Of a DNA stretch of 64,000 nt, positions 34,198-45,475 are shown one piece after another. Every line of letters begins with the position of its first letter. The stretch's first letter is position 1. The DNA is from Methanocaldococcus sp. 28A (GTDB taxonomy: Archaea > AGJL01 > Methanococci > Methanococcales > Methanocaldococcaceae). The DNA is taken from the NCBI GenBank assembly GCA_049852185.1, contig CP187540.1. One strand, written 5' to 3'. Both the position numbers and the translations under genes were made by a program. The notes beneath the pieces were generated by a model that was given only the letters and a program-made list of their open reading frames with translations, was not told the origin of the DNA and ran no database searches.

Positions 34198-34536
34198 ATG
34201 ACAAATAGAGTTTTATTTAAATTGTTTATTGAAGAAAAAAATGTGGGAAAAGCAATAAATATTATGACCTTAGCTGGAATTACCGGATTTTTCTTGCATA
34301 AGTATAGAGGATTGTCGCCAGATAAGATAAAAAATTTAGGTAAAGAAGAATTAGAAAATATTGAGAAGGTGTATGAAATTATAGAGAAAGAGTCTGATAA
34401 AGCAGTTGTTGTTGGAACAGTTGTTAGAAAGGAAAAAGCTAAAAAAATAGAAGAGCTATTAAAAGAAAAATTAGATAGTGAAAGATGGACAGTAATGAAG
34501 ATTCCAATATTAAAAGTTAAGGTTCATAGAGTTTAA
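34198..34536 (+). CDS. Small PII/GlnB-like fold protein (paralogue 1)
   Basis: NVGKAINIMTLAGITGFF..YRG; paralogous to next gene. Confidence 0.6.
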   Translation: MTNRVLFKLFIEEKNVGKAINIMTLAGITGFFLHKYRGLSPDKIKNLGKEELENIEKVYEIIEKESDKAVVVGTVVRKEKAKKIEELLKEKLDSERWTVMKIPILKVKVHRV

Positions 34537-34548
34537 AGGTGAGTATGA

Positions 34549-34875
34549 ATGAAAGTTCTTCTATATCTGTTTGTTGAAAGTGAAAATGTTGGAAAGGCAA
34601 TAAACGCCTTATCAGAGGGAGGAATAACAGGATTCTTCCTATATGACTATAAAGGTATGTCTCCTCAAGATTGGCAGGGATTTTTATTAGATGAAGACCC
34701 AGAAATGGCTATAAAAGCAATTAGCGATTTAGCACAAAATGCAATATTGATTGGAACTGTTGTAGATGAACATAAACTTATGGAGATTGAAAAACTAATT
34801 GACGAAAAATTAGCTGATTGCAAATATACAATAATTGAAGTTCCTATTGAGGGGATAATAGTGAATATGCCTTAA
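34549..34875 (+). CDS. Small PII/GlnB-like fold protein (paralogue 2)
   Basis: NVGKAINALSEGGITGFF..YKG. Confidence 0.6.
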   Translation: MKVLLYLFVESENVGKAINALSEGGITGFFLYDYKGMSPQDWQGFLLDEDPEMAIKAISDLAQNAILIGTVVDEHKLMEIEKLIDEKLADCKYTIIEVPIEGIIVNMP

Positions 34876-34890
34876 AAATGAGGAGATTAT

Positions 34891-35265
34891 ATGAGAAGAA
34901 GAGGAAGACCAAAAATACCAAGATTTATTTCTGAAGAACCAAAATTTAGAATATTTAAGCCACAAGGAAGGCCTATTGGAGATTTAGATAAGGTTGTATT
35001 AACTGTAGATGAATTAGAGGCTATTAGATTGGTTGATTATCTTGACTATACTCAAGAAGAAGCCGCTAAATTGATGGGTATTTCAAGAAGGGTTTTATGG
35101 AGTTTATTAACAGAAGGTAGGAAAAAGATTGCTGATGCATTAATAAATGGAAAGGCAATAGTTATTGAAGGAGGAGAATATAAAATTAGAGAATGTGGCT
35201 TCTGTATGAGACATAGGTTTGGCATAAAAAAGCACTGTAGAACTTTAGATGGTGAGGAACTATGA
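34891..35265 (+). CDS. DUF134 (UPF0251) HTH protein
   Basis: [33 protein letters not shown]. Confidence 0.85.
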   Translation: MRRRGRPKIPRFISEEPKFRIFKPQGRPIGDLDKVVLTVDELEAIRLVDYLDYTQEEAAKLMGISRRVLWSLLTEGRKKIADALINGKAIVIEGGEYKIRECGFCMRHRFGIKKHCRTLDGEEL

Positions 35266-36866
35266 TACTATTGGAAGTTAAAAACGTTACAAAAAAATTT
35301 GGAGATAAGGTAGTTTTGAAGAATATATCATTTACATTAGAAGAAGGCGAATCATTAGGTATTTTGGGTAAAAGTGGAGCAGGGAAATCAGTTCTATTAC
35401 ATATGTTAAGAGGAATGGATGGTTATGAGCCTACTGAGGGGCAAATAATTTATCATGTTTCCTATTGTGAAAAGTGTGGTTATGTAGATGTTCCTTCAAA
35501 GGCAGGAACGCCTTGTAAAAAGTGTGGAAAAGAGCTTAAAAAAATAGAAGTTGATTTTTGGAATGACAAAAAATACACTTATAATTTAAAAAGAAAAATT
35601 GCCATAATGCTTCAAAGAACCTTCGCTCTATATGGAGAGAAAACAGTCCTCGAAAACATCTTAGAGGCATTACATCAAACAGGATATGAAGGAAAAGAAG
35701 CTATTGATAAGGCATTAGAGCTAATTAAGATGGTCAAGTTAGAGCATAGAATAACACATATAGCAAGAGATTTAAGTGGAGGAGAAAAGCAGAGAGTAGT
35801 TTTAGCAAGACAAATAGCTAAAGAGCCATTTATATTCTTAGCTGATGAACCTACTGGAACCTTAGACCCTCAAACTGCTAAATTAGTGCATTCAGCATTG
35901 AAAAAACTTGTTATTAAAAATAATATAAGCTTAATCTTAACTTCTCACTGGCCAGAGGTTATTGCTGAATTAACAGAAAAAGCTATTTGGTTAGAGAAAG
36001 GAGAAATTATAATGGAAGGTTCTTCAGAAGAAATCGTTAATAAATTTATGGAAACCGTTAAAGAGTTTAAAAAACCTGAGGTAGAAGTAGAAATTAAAGA
36101 AGATATAATAAGATTAGAAAATATCTCAAAACATTACTGTTCTGTGGAAAGAGGTATTATTAAAGCAGTTGATGGAGTTACTTTAAATATAAGAGAGAAA
36201 GAAATCTTTGGTTTAGTTGGGGTAAGTGGTGCTGGAAAAACCACTTTAGCAAAAATAATAGCAGGAGTTCTTACTCCATCTAAAGGGAAGTATTGGTTTA
36301 GAGTAGGAGATGAATGGGTTGATATGACACAACCAGGATTAAATGGAAGGGGTAGAGCTAAGAGATATATAGGAATATTATTCCAAGAATATGCTCTCTA
36401 TCCACATAGAACCATATTGCAAAACTTAACAGAGGCAATAGGTTTAGAACTTCCAGATGAATTTGCAAGGATGAAGGCAGTTTATACTCTAACCTCAGTA
36501 GGTTTTAGTGAAGAAGAAGCAGAGGAGATTTTAGATAAATATCCTCATGAATTGAGTGTTGGGGAAAGGCATAGATGTGCTTTGGCACAAGTTTTAATAA
36601 AAGAGCCAAGAGTCGTTATCTTAGATGAGCCAACTGGTACAATGGACCCAATAACAAGAAATACAGTTGCTGAGTCTATACACAAATCAAGAGTAGAGTT
36701 AGAACAGACATATATTATAGTTTCACACGATATGGATTTTGTATTAAATGTTTGTGATAGAGCAGGTTTAATGAGAAATGGTAAATTAATTAAAGTTGGT
36801 AAGCCAGAGGAGATTGTTGCTTTATTAACTGAGGAGGAGAAACAAGAAATGTTTGTACAAAAATAA
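35262..36866 (+). CDS. atwA: Methyl-coenzyme M reductase system component A2 (twin ABC ATPase)
   Basis: Two Walker A motifs, CxxC..CxxC insert, no membrane domain. Confidence 0.9.
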   Translation: MILLEVKNVTKKFGDKVVLKNISFTLEEGESLGILGKSGAGKSVLLHMLRGMDGYEPTEGQIIYHVSYCEKCGYVDVPSKAGTPCKKCGKELKKIEVDFWNDKKYTYNLKRKIAIMLQRTFALYGEKTVLENILEALHQTGYEGKEAIDKALELIKMVKLEHRITHIARDLSGGEKQRVVLARQIAKEPFIFLADEPTGTLDPQTAKLVHSALKKLVIKNNISLILTSHWPEVIAELTEKAIWLEKGEIIMEGSSEEIVNKFMETVKEFKKPEVEVEIKEDIIRLENISKHYCSVERGIIKAVDGVTLNIREKEIFGLVGVSGAGKTTLAKIIAGVLTPSKGKYWFRVGDEWVDMTQPGLNGRGRAKRYIGILFQEYALYPHRTILQNLTEAIGLELPDEFARMKAVYTLTSVGFSEEEAEEILDKYPHELSVGERHRCALAQVLIKEPRVVILDEPTGTMDPITRNTVAESIHKSRVELEQTYIIVSHDMDFVLNVCDRAGLMRNGKLIKVGKPEEIVALLTEEEKQEMFVQK

Positions 36867-36871
36867 TTTAT

Positions 36872-37546
36872 CTATACTGCATCTATAAACTTTAATATCT
36901 CATTTTTATTAGGAATAATAGGATAGCCAACAACTATATCATTATTATCTTTAATTTTCTTTAAAACTTCTTTATTTTCTAAAGATAATATAAACTCCTT
37001 CCAATTTCCTTTATAATTTTTCCTTCTATTTAAATAACCTTCCATAGATTTTAATACATTTTCATCAATTTTTGAAGTAAATGGAATGTATATGGCTCTC
37101 TTTGAGTTTATATTACATGTTTGTCCATATATATAATAAGCGATAAGATTGTTTTCTTCAATAATATTTTTAACAATACTCTCAACACCTTCTGTTCCCA
37201 CCCAAATATTGTTATTGTATTTCATAGCCACTCTAATAACATCTAAAATTCTATTATTATTAAATTTTCTCTCTTTCTCAGATAAGTAAAATTTATTTCC
37301 TAAGACGATACATAAATCAAAATTGTAGGATGAATAAAGCTTTAACAATTGAAATACATTTTCTTTCTTTGCTTGAACTGTCAAAACAATATTTGATATA
37401 TTTTCTAATCTTTCTAAAATATCTTTATCAGTTATTGGATTATTCTCAGCGTCTATAATGTAATAATCAAAATATTTTCTAACAAACTTCCCAAACTCTA
37501 CGATATCTTCATATATTTTACTTGGCTTTATAGAAATTGCTATCAT
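36872..37546 (-). CDS. Hypothetical protein
   Basis: 224-aa ORF with GGTGA RBS. Confidence 0.7.
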   Translation of the reverse strand: MIAISIKPSKIYEDIVEFGKFVRKYFDYYIIDAENNPITDKDILERLENISNIVLTVQAKKENVFQLLKLYSSYNFDLCIVLGNKFYLSEKERKFNNNRILDVIRVAMKYNNNIWVGTEGVESIVKNIIEENNLIAYYIYGQTCNINSKRAIYIPFTSKIDENVLKSMEGYLNRRKNYKGNWKEFILSLENKEVLKKIKDNNDIVVGYPIIPNKNEILKFIDAV

Positions 37547-37569
37547 AAAGTCACCACAAAAAACTTTAA

Positions 37570-37600
37570 TAGGACTTTCGCAGGAATAAATTAAATATAT
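37570..37600. repeat. Family B element, single end
   Basis: TAGGACTTTCGCAGGAATAAA. Confidence 0.6.
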
Positions 37601-37620
37601 TTAATGATGAAGGTGATATC

Positions 37621-38988
37621 TTGGAATTTTCAGAATGGTATTCAGATATATTAGAAAAAGCTGAAATTTATGATGTTAGATACCCAATAAAGGGTTGTGG
37701 TGTTTATCTACCTTATGGATTTAAAATTAGAAGATATACATTTGAAATAATAAGAGATTTGTTGGATGAAAGTGGGCATGATGAAGCCTTATTCCCAATG
37801 TTAATTCCAGAAGATTTATTAGCTAAAGAAGGAGAGCATATAAAAGGGTTTGAGAATGAGGTTTATTGGGTAACTCATGGAGGAAAAACTCCTTTAGATG
37901 TTAAATTAGCTTTAAGACCTACTTCAGAAACTCCTATTTATTATATGATGAAGCTTTGGGTTAAGGTTCATACAGATTTGCCAATAAAAATATATCAGAT
38001 AGTTAATACCTTTAGATATGAAACAAAGCACACAAGACCTTTAATTAGATTAAGAGAGATAATGACATTTAAAGAGGCTCATACAGCTCATTCAACAAAA
38101 GAAAAAGCGGAAGAGCAGGTTAAAGAAGCAATATCTATCTACAAAAAATTCTTTGATACTTTAGGAATTCCCTACTTAATTTCAAAGAGACCTGAATGGG
38201 ATAAGTTCCCAGGAGCAGAATATACAATGGCATTTGATACAATATTTCCTGATGGTAGAGCAATGCAGATAGCAACAGTTCATAATTTAGGGCAAAACTT
38301 CTCAAAAACTTTTGAAATTATATTTGAAACTCCTACTGGAGATAAAGATTATGCTTATCAAACATGTTATGGAATTTCAGATAGGGTTATAGCTTCAATT
38401 ATAGCAATACATGGAGATGAGAAAGGATTAATTCTACCACCAATAGTAGCTCCAATTCAAATAGTTATTGTTCCATTAATTTTCAAAGGAAAGGAAGATA
38501 TTGTTATGGATAAAGCAGAAGAAATTTATAAAAAATTAAAAGGTAAATTTAGAGTCCATATTGACGATAGAGATATAAGACCAGGAAGGAAGTTTAATGA
38601 TTGGGAGATAAAAGGTGTACCATTGAGAATTGAAATAGGGCCAAAAGATATTGAAAATAAAAAAATAACCATATTTAGAAGAGACACTATGGAAAAGTTC
38701 CAAGTTGATGAAACACAGTTGGAAGAGGTTATAGAAAAAACTTTAAATAATATTATGGAAAACATTAAGAATAGGGCATGGGAAAAATTCAAAAACTTTA
38801 TAACTATCCTTGAAGATATAAATCCTGAGGAAATCAAAAAAATATTATCTGAAAAGAGAGGGGTAATTTTAATTCCATTTAAGGAGGAAATATATAACGA
38901 AGAACTTGAAGAAAAGGTAGAAGCAACTATTTTAGGGGAGACAGAATATAAAGGTAATAAATATATAGCAATAGCTAAAACTTACTAA
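37621..38988 (+). CDS. proS: Proline--tRNA ligase
   Basis: [29 protein letters not shown]; TTG start. Confidence 0.95.
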   Translation: MEFSEWYSDILEKAEIYDVRYPIKGCGVYLPYGFKIRRYTFEIIRDLLDESGHDEALFPMLIPEDLLAKEGEHIKGFENEVYWVTHGGKTPLDVKLALRPTSETPIYYMMKLWVKVHTDLPIKIYQIVNTFRYETKHTRPLIRLREIMTFKEAHTAHSTKEKAEEQVKEAISIYKKFFDTLGIPYLISKRPEWDKFPGAEYTMAFDTIFPDGRAMQIATVHNLGQNFSKTFEIIFETPTGDKDYAYQTCYGISDRVIASIIAIHGDEKGLILPPIVAPIQIVIVPLIFKGKEDIVMDKAEEIYKKLKGKFRVHIDDRDIRPGRKFNDWEIKGVPLRIEIGPKDIENKKITIFRRDTMEKFQVDETQLEEVIEKTLNNIMENIKNRAWEKFKNFITILEDINPEEIKKILSEKRGVILIPFKEEIYNEELEEKVEATILGETEYKGNKYIAIAKTY

Positions 38989-39113
38989 TAATTTATTATA
39001 TCTCTATCTTTTTATTAATTTTCTCTTATTTTTATTATGGAAATGCCATATTTGTTATATTTAATTAAGAGAATAAACCACTAATCATTTATGCTTTTAT
39101 AAAAGGTGAAAAA

Positions 39114-39788
39114 ATGGATGCTATGAAAGGAACAACTACCGTTGGTTTAATTTGTAACGATGCAGTAATTTTAGCAACTGATAAAAGAGCATCAATGGGT
39201 AATTTAATAGCTGATAAAAATGCGAAAAAATTGTATAAAATTGACGATTACATAGCATTAACAATAGCAGGAAGTGTTGGAGATGCACAAGCAATAGTTA
39301 GATTATTAACCGCTGAAGCAAAGCTATATAAAATGAGAACCGGAAAAAATATTTCTCCATTGGCATGTGCCACTCTATTAAGTAATATTCTACACTCAAA
39401 TAGGTATTTTCCTTTTTTAACTCAGCTAATTATTGGAGGATATGATTTATTAGAAGGAGCTAAATTATTTTCATTAGACCCATTAGGAGGAATGAATGAA
39501 GAAAAAACCTTTACAGCTACTGGTTCAGGTTCCTCAATAGCCTATGGGGTTTTAGAAGCTAAATACGATAGAGATATGTCTGTTGAGGAAGGAATAAACT
39601 TAGCTATAAAAGCATTAAAATCAGCAATGGAAAGAGATACATTTTCAGGAAATGGCATATCATTAGCTGTTGTAACAAAAGAAGGAGTTAAGATATTTGA
39701 AGAGGAGGATATTGAAAAAATTTTAGATAGTATGAAATCAAAATCTAAGAAAAAAACTACAAAAAGAAGTAGAAGAAAAAGTAAATAA
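39114..39788 (+). CDS. psmB: Proteasome beta subunit
   Basis: Propeptide [24 protein letters not shown]. Confidence 0.95.
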   Translation: MDAMKGTTTVGLICNDAVILATDKRASMGNLIADKNAKKLYKIDDYIALTIAGSVGDAQAIVRLLTAEAKLYKMRTGKNISPLACATLLSNILHSNRYFPFLTQLIIGGYDLLEGAKLFSLDPLGGMNEEKTFTATGSGSSIAYGVLEAKYDRDMSVEEGINLAIKALKSAMERDTFSGNGISLAVVTKEGVKIFEEEDIEKILDSMKSKSKKKTTKRSRRKSK

Positions 39789-39947
39789 ATCAAATTAAAA
39801 TTGATAAAATTTTAAAAAAATAAATGAAAATATATAACAACTAATACTCTATATTTAGTTTAATTATAGGATATAGAGCTATATTAAATTTCTATTTTTA
39901 TTTTACTTATTTTTTAAATTTTTTTCATTGGGCTATAAAGGCTACTA

Positions 39948-40027
39948 TAGGCCTTTCGCAGTTTATATTAAATTTAAGGCTTTAGGTATCTATATTCAAT
40001 AAAAAATTTATCCCTACGAAATTTCTA
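39948..40027. repeat. Family B element, degenerate copy
   Basis: TAGGCCTTTCGCAG ... CTACGAAATTTCTA. Confidence 0.6.
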
Positions 40028-40030
40028 TAC

Positions 40031-40144
40031 TATAGTTGTGTGTAAAATGAAATAAACTTTTATAAGGACAATTTGAATGCCTTCCAAAAGAAAGGCATTC
40101 TTTAATTCCTTATTTTAATTAAAAAACTTTTGCACACAACTATA
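40031..40144. mobile_element. MITE-like family A element, full copy
   Basis: TATAGTTGTGTGTAAAA ... TTTGCACACAACTATA with GAATGCCTTCC/AAGGCATTC hairpin. Confidence 0.8.
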
Positions 40145-40205
40145 AAATTTTCAATTTAAAAACAAAAACACAGTAAATTTTTAAAAGCTTAGGAGGAGGA
40201 TTATT

Positions 40206-42110
40206 TTGTCAGCAGAGGAAATTTTAGAAAATATAAAAAAAGAAATTATAAAAAAATCACCAAAAGAGGCAAAAATAGTTGATGTTCAGTTTGAAGGGCC
40301 TGAAGTTGTAGTTTATGTAAAAAACCCAGAAGTTTTTACAAATGAGATTATTAAAAACCTTGCTAAGGATTTGAGAAAAAGAATTTCAATAAGACCTGAC
40401 CCCTCTGTTTTAGTTGAGCCAGAATTTGCTAAAAAGAAAATTTTAGAAATTGTTCCTGAAGAGGCAGAGATTACCAACTTTGTTTTTGATGCAAACACTG
40501 GAGAGGTTATAATAGAATCAAAGAAACCTGGATTAGTTATAGGTAAAGAAGGAAAGACATTAGAGCTAATAAAAAAAGCAATAAGGTGGGCTCCTAAGCC
40601 AGTAAGGGCTCCACCAATACAATCAGAGACAATTAAAGCAATTAGAGCTACACTTTATAGAGAAAGACATGAAGTTAAAGAAATTTTAAGAAGAATTGGT
40701 AGGAGAATACATAGGGATGTTATTGTTAAAGGAGATTATTGGATAAGAGTATCTTTCTTAGGAGGAGCGAGAGAGGTTGGAAGGTCTTGCTTATATGTCC
40801 AAACTCCAGATACAAGGGTTTTAATTGATTGTGGAATTAATGTAGCGTGTGAAGATAAGGCATTTCCTCACTTTGAAGCTCCAGAGTTTTCAATTGAGGA
40901 TTTAGATGCAGTTATAGTTACTCATGCCCATTTAGACCACTGCGGTTTTGTTCCTGGTTTATTTAGATATGGTTATGACGGCCCTGTTTATTGCACAAGA
41001 CCTACAAGGGATTTAATGACTTTATTACAAAAAGATTATTTAGAAATTGCTAAAAAAGAGGGTAAAGAAGTTCCTTATACATCAAAAGATATAAAAACTT
41101 GCGTTAAGCATACAATACCAATTGATTATGGAGTTACAACAGATATAAGCCCAACAATAAAATTAACTCTACACAATGCAGGGCATGTTTTAGGTTCTGC
41201 TATTGCCCATTTACACATAGGGGAGGGGTTGTATAATTTAGCATACACTGGAGATATTAAGTTTGAGACATCAAGGTTGTTAGAGCCAGCAGTTTGTCAA
41301 TTCCCAAGATTAGAAACATTGATAATTGAATCTACTTATGGGGCTTATGATGATGTTCTGCCAGAGAGGGAAGAGGCAGAAAGAGAGCTTTTAAGAGTTG
41401 TTAGTGAAACAACAGATAGAGGAGGAAAAGTTTTAATTCCAGTATTTGGTGTTGGTAGAGCTCAGGAATTGATGCTTGTTTTAGAAGAAGGGTATAATCA
41501 AGGCATATTCAATGCCCCAGTCTATTTAGATGGGATGATTTGGGAAGCTACTGCTATACACACTGCATATCCAGAGTATTTATCAAAAGAAATGAGGCAG
41601 AAGATATTCCATGAAGGAGATAATCCATTCTTATCTGAAGTGTTTAAAAGAGTAGGGAGTACTAATGAAAGAAGGAGAGTTATTGATAGCGATGAGCCAT
41701 GTATAATTTTAGCGACATCTGGAATGCTTACTGGAGGACCGAGTGTTGAATATCTAAAACACTTAGCCCCTGATGAGAAAAATGCAATAATATTTGTTGG
41801 TTATCAGGCAGAGGGGACTTTAGGAAGAAAAGTTCAAAGAGGTTGGAAAGAAATTCCAATAACAACAAGAAATGGAAAGACAAAATCAATTCCAATCAAT
41901 TTAAAAGTTTATACAATTGAAGGATTTTCAGGACATTGTGATAGAAAGCAGTTAATTAAATATATTAGAAGATTGAAGCCATCACCAGAAAAGGTTATTA
42001 TGGTTCATGGAGAGGAAAGTAAGTGCTTAGATTTCGCTGATACTGTAAGAAGATTGTTTAAAAAACAAACCTATGTGCCAATGAACTTAGATGCAATAAG
42101 AGTTAAATAA
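40206..42110 (+). CDS. fttA: Beta-CASP ribonuclease aCPSF1 / transcription termination factor FttA
   Basis: KH domains, HAHLDH, GHVLGSA, FSGHCD, MVHGE. Confidence 0.93.
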   Translation: MSAEEILENIKKEIIKKSPKEAKIVDVQFEGPEVVVYVKNPEVFTNEIIKNLAKDLRKRISIRPDPSVLVEPEFAKKKILEIVPEEAEITNFVFDANTGEVIIESKKPGLVIGKEGKTLELIKKAIRWAPKPVRAPPIQSETIKAIRATLYRERHEVKEILRRIGRRIHRDVIVKGDYWIRVSFLGGAREVGRSCLYVQTPDTRVLIDCGINVACEDKAFPHFEAPEFSIEDLDAVIVTHAHLDHCGFVPGLFRYGYDGPVYCTRPTRDLMTLLQKDYLEIAKKEGKEVPYTSKDIKTCVKHTIPIDYGVTTDISPTIKLTLHNAGHVLGSAIAHLHIGEGLYNLAYTGDIKFETSRLLEPAVCQFPRLETLIIESTYGAYDDVLPEREEAERELLRVVSETTDRGGKVLIPVFGVGRAQELMLVLEEGYNQGIFNAPVYLDGMIWEATAIHTAYPEYLSKEMRQKIFHEGDNPFLSEVFKRVGSTNERRRVIDSDEPCIILATSGMLTGGPSVEYLKHLAPDEKNAIIFVGYQAEGTLGRKVQRGWKEIPITTRNGKTKSIPINLKVYTIEGFSGHCDRKQLIKYIRRLKPSPEKVIMVHGEESKCLDFADTVRRLFKKQTYVPMNLDAIRVK

Positions 42111-42227
42111 ATAATATTGGTAAAGTTTAAATAGAATAATCAGCTATTATTACTCGATTAATATTTTTATCTAATGTATAATAAAAAGAGAGTAAAACAC
42201 AAATCATGGATTTTAAGGTGATAAATT

Positions 42228-42413
42228 ATGTCAAAAGGTACTCCATCAATGGGTAAAAGAAACAAAGGTTCATATCATATAAGATGTAGAAGATGTGGAA
42301 GAAGAGCATACCACGTAAGAAAAAAGAGATGTGCTGCATGTGGATTTCCAAATAAAAGAATGAGAAAATACTCATGGCAAAACAAAAAAGTTAATGGTAG
42401 AAGAATAAGATAA
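42228..42413 (+). CDS. rpl37e: 50S ribosomal protein L37e
   Basis: [25 protein letters not shown]. Confidence 0.96.
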   Translation: MSKGTPSMGKRNKGSYHIRCRRCGRRAYHVRKKRCAACGFPNKRMRKYSWQNKKVNGRRIR

Positions 42414-42504
42414 ATTATGATTATTTTCTTTTTTATTCTACACTGATAGTTTTTTATATAGAGTTAATATATAATTTTTTTAATAATTTTATTTTGGTGA
42501 TAAA

Positions 42505-42936
42505 ATGAGTGACCTTGAGAGTATTGATTATTATGATTACAAAGCATTATTAAAGAGAGCAAGAAGCCAAATTCCTGACTATGTTTTCCAAAAAGATAGA
42601 TTTGAGTTACCAGAAATTGAGATTTTAATTGAAGGAAATAGAACAATAATAAGAAACTTTAGAGAATTAGCTAAAGCAGTTAATAGAGATGAGGAATTCT
42701 TTGCTAAATATCTTTTAAAAGAGACTGGTAGTGCTGGTAACTTAGAGGGAGGTAGATTGATATTACAAAGAAGAATCAGCCCTGAATTGTTAAAGTCAAG
42801 AATTAATGATTTCTTAAGAGAGTATGTTATCTGCAAAGAGTGTGGTAAGCCAGATACGAAGATTATTAAAGAGGGAAGAGTCCATTTACTCAAATGTATG
42901 GCTTGTGGTGCTATAAGACCTATAAGAATGATTTAA
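42505..42936 (+). CDS. eif2b: Translation initiation factor 2 beta subunit
   Basis: RFELP, TIIRNF, EYVICKECGKPDT, CMACGA. Confidence 0.94.
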   Translation: MSDLESIDYYDYKALLKRARSQIPDYVFQKDRFELPEIEILIEGNRTIIRNFRELAKAVNRDEEFFAKYLLKETGSAGNLEGGRLILQRRISPELLKSRINDFLREYVICKECGKPDTKIIKEGRVHLLKCMACGAIRPIRMI

Positions 42937-42958
42937 TTAAAAATTCTTAAGGGAAATC

Positions 42959-43768
42959 ATGGAAGTAAAAGCCATTGAGATTTTTAAAAAATATCTCTCT
43001 TTAAATATTTTAAAAAAGGTTTTAATTACTTATTTTTTATGCTGGATGGGGTTTTTATTTTCTTTTTCAGTTGGAAAGTTTCTTTTATATCTTTCATCTA
43101 TTTTAAAATCAAATATTATTGAGCAACCTGCAAAGATAGCTCAACACATTGGAACTATAAAGTTTAAAGCAGTTTCTTCTACAGTTTCAAAAACTGTTGG
43201 GATGAAAAGTTTATACTTAGATTATGCACTCTCATATATTATTTCTAATTATATTGGTTGTTTAATAATAGCTTTAGCCCTTGGAACTCTTGGTTATTTA
43301 TACAAAAAGGATTTAGAAAAAGCCAAATCGTTAAAAGAAAGAGAAGAAATTTCTAAAAATTATCAAAAATATTTGTTAATATTGTTTATTTTAGCTATTA
43401 TAAATCCTTTAACTGGATTAGTAGGAATAAACCTCAGATATTCTGATTTAATTGCTGTTCTTCCTCATGGATTTTTTGAGTTTTTTGGATTTTCTATTGC
43501 AGTAGTTGCTGGGGTAGAGATATCAAATAAAATCTTTCCAATAATTAAAAGAAAAATATCTTACAAAAAAATAGCATTTTTAATGGTTTGTTCTTTTATC
43601 TTTATCTCTATAGCAGGATTATTAGAACCAATAGACTGGTTTATCTATAGCTATGCAAAAGCTTATGGAATTCCTCTATTATCTGCATTTATAATGGGAT
43701 ACAAAAATTTATTATATTTGTTATCTATAGTTGTATGCAAAACTATCTTAATTAAAATAAGGTATTAA
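42959..43768 (+). CDS. SpoIIM-like membrane protein
   Basis: LPHGFFE motif, IAGLLE; C-terminus runs into family A element. Confidence 0.75.
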   Translation: MEVKAIEIFKKYLSLNILKKVLITYFLCWMGFLFSFSVGKFLLYLSSILKSNIIEQPAKIAQHIGTIKFKAVSSTVSKTVGMKSLYLDYALSYIISNYIGCLIIALALGTLGYLYKKDLEKAKSLKEREEISKNYQKYLLILFILAIINPLTGLVGINLRYSDLIAVLPHGFFEFFGFSIAVVAGVEISNKIFPIIKRKISYKKIAFLMVCSFIFISIAGLLEPIDWFIYSYAKAYGIPLLSAFIMGYKNLLYLLSIVVCKTILIKIRY

Positions 43769-43813
43769 AGAATACTCCATAAGGAAGGCATACAAAATTT
43801 CCTTTTTAAAATT
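43726..43813. repeat. Family A element, truncated by a family B copy
   Basis: TATAGTTGTATGCAAAACTATCTT...GAATACTCCATAAGGAAGGCATAC. Confidence 0.75.
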
Positions 43814-43855
43814 TAGGACTTTACCTTATTTAGTATATATACTGCGAAAGTTCTA
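43814..43855. repeat. Family B element, internally deleted
   Basis: TAGGACTTT ... CTGCGAAAGTTCTA. Confidence 0.65.
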
Positions 43856-43869
43856 AAAACCTTAAGGTT

Positions 43870-44060
43870 TTTATGTCCACAACAGGATGGAGGTTTCCAT
43901 TGGGAAACTGATGATGCCCAATCCCAACGTGGAAGCGGAGCTTCAAGTAAGGGAATCAAACCAAAGGTTCGAGCTACAAAAATAATGGAAAATATCTAAT
44001 TAAAATTTCTTAAATAGCTATCTTTGTCTATAAATAACTACGTTGGGAGAACCTCGTCAT
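43870..44060 (+). ncRNA. Candidate structured non-coding RNA (GC-rich orphan segment)
   Basis: Several hairpins plus 9-bp long-range helix TCCCAACGT/ACGTTGGGA; strand is inferred. Confidence 0.4.
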
Positions 44061-44082
44061 AAGCACTTAATAGTATATACAT

Positions 44083-45321
44083 TTATTTTTTATTTTTTAG
44101 GATTTCCTTTAGTTCTTTCATTTTTGGTGGGAGTTTTTTCCATCTCCAAAAGCCTCTCAAAATCTCATCTTCATCATAGCCAAATCTTTTTAAAACATCA
44201 ACCCATTTATTAAATAACTCCTTATATAATTCTTTAACTCTTAAAAACTCAGAGTTTAAAGCTGATGGGCACATATAGCATCCAATTCTTTCAAATCCTT
44301 TATCATAAAGCTCATTATAGATAACATCATTTAGATATATCCAACTCCAAACATCAGTCCCTTTCCAATCTAATATTGGAAAAACGTTTATTTGATTCTC
44401 AATAAATCCACTTTTTCTTTCATAACTTAATTTCTCTCTTGTAAAACTTTCATATTTTCTTGAGCCATCTATAGTATAAACTTTCTTATATTTCTTTAAA
44501 TACTCTTTTAATGGCTCTAATTTTAAAATACTGTTGCACCACCTATAATCTTTTGTAGGAACTCCTTCTATTTCTAAATATTCCCAAAAATTTTTACCTT
44601 TTAAAATTACTAAGTTTAAATCATATTTTTTAGCAAATTTTTTAACAAACTCTATTGTATCTTTAAATTCTAAACCAGTATCTATAAATATAACTTCTAA
44701 ATCGTCTATAACTTTATTGGCCAATAAAGTAGAGACAGAGGAATCTTTTCCACCACTAAAAGAGGCATTTATAGCATAACCTTTATCTTTACATTTTTCA
44801 TAGTATCTCTTCATTATTGATATTGATTTTCTCTCTAATTTTTTAATTCTTTCTTGATTCTTTCTTAAATAATCTTTAATTATTTCATATCTAAGCTCTT
44901 TTTTTAGAGTTAAATCTTTAATTTTTATAGTATCTCCTTTTTTAACACCTACACCAACATAATCTCCTACTTCAACACCAATATAATCATTCTCACTAAT
45001 GTTATTGAGTTCTTCAATATTTTCAATTAACTCAATTGGGACTTTTTTACCCTTTAATCTTCTTTTTGTTGGTTTTATTTTGATTTTTGGTACTTCTATT
45101 AAGTAATAGGAGGCATAAGGATGAAATTTCCAATTTAAATCAATTAAATCAAATTGTAGTATTCCAATGCACTCTCCATTAATAAAAACTTTCTTTCTGT
45201 AATCCAATCCGCCAATTTTTTTTAGAATTATGGCTAAATCATAAGAGAAATTTTTATTAAGTAGTTTGTTTAAAATATCTATCTCAAACTTAGAGGCAAA
45301 TTTATCATCCATTTTAATCAC
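44083..45321 (-). CDS. PAPS/APS reductase family protein
   Basis: SFSGGKDS, RWC...KLEP, RIGCYMCP. Confidence 0.88.
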   Translation of the reverse strand: MIKMDDKFASKFEIDILNKLLNKNFSYDLAIILKKIGGLDYRKKVFINGECIGILQFDLIDLNWKFHPYASYYLIEVPKIKIKPTKRRLKGKKVPIELIENIEELNNISENDYIGVEVGDYVGVGVKKGDTIKIKDLTLKKELRYEIIKDYLRKNQERIKKLERKSISIMKRYYEKCKDKGYAINASFSGGKDSSVSTLLANKVIDDLEVIFIDTGLEFKDTIEFVKKFAKKYDLNLVILKGKNFWEYLEIEGVPTKDYRWCNSILKLEPLKEYLKKYKKVYTIDGSRKYESFTREKLSYERKSGFIENQINVFPILDWKGTDVWSWIYLNDVIYNELYDKGFERIGCYMCPSALNSEFLRVKELYKELFNKWVDVLKRFGYDEDEILRGFWRWKKLPPKMKELKEILKNKK

Positions 45322-45475
45322 CTAAGTTTAATATTTTAATAAGGAACTTTTTATATAATTTTAATATAAATTAAAAGCTTATGAAATTGAATTTTAAAAA
45401 TATTAAAATTATTTCTCTTATTTATCAATAATTTGCAATAATAAGAGAAAAAACCGAAAAATTTTCAGTGAAACT

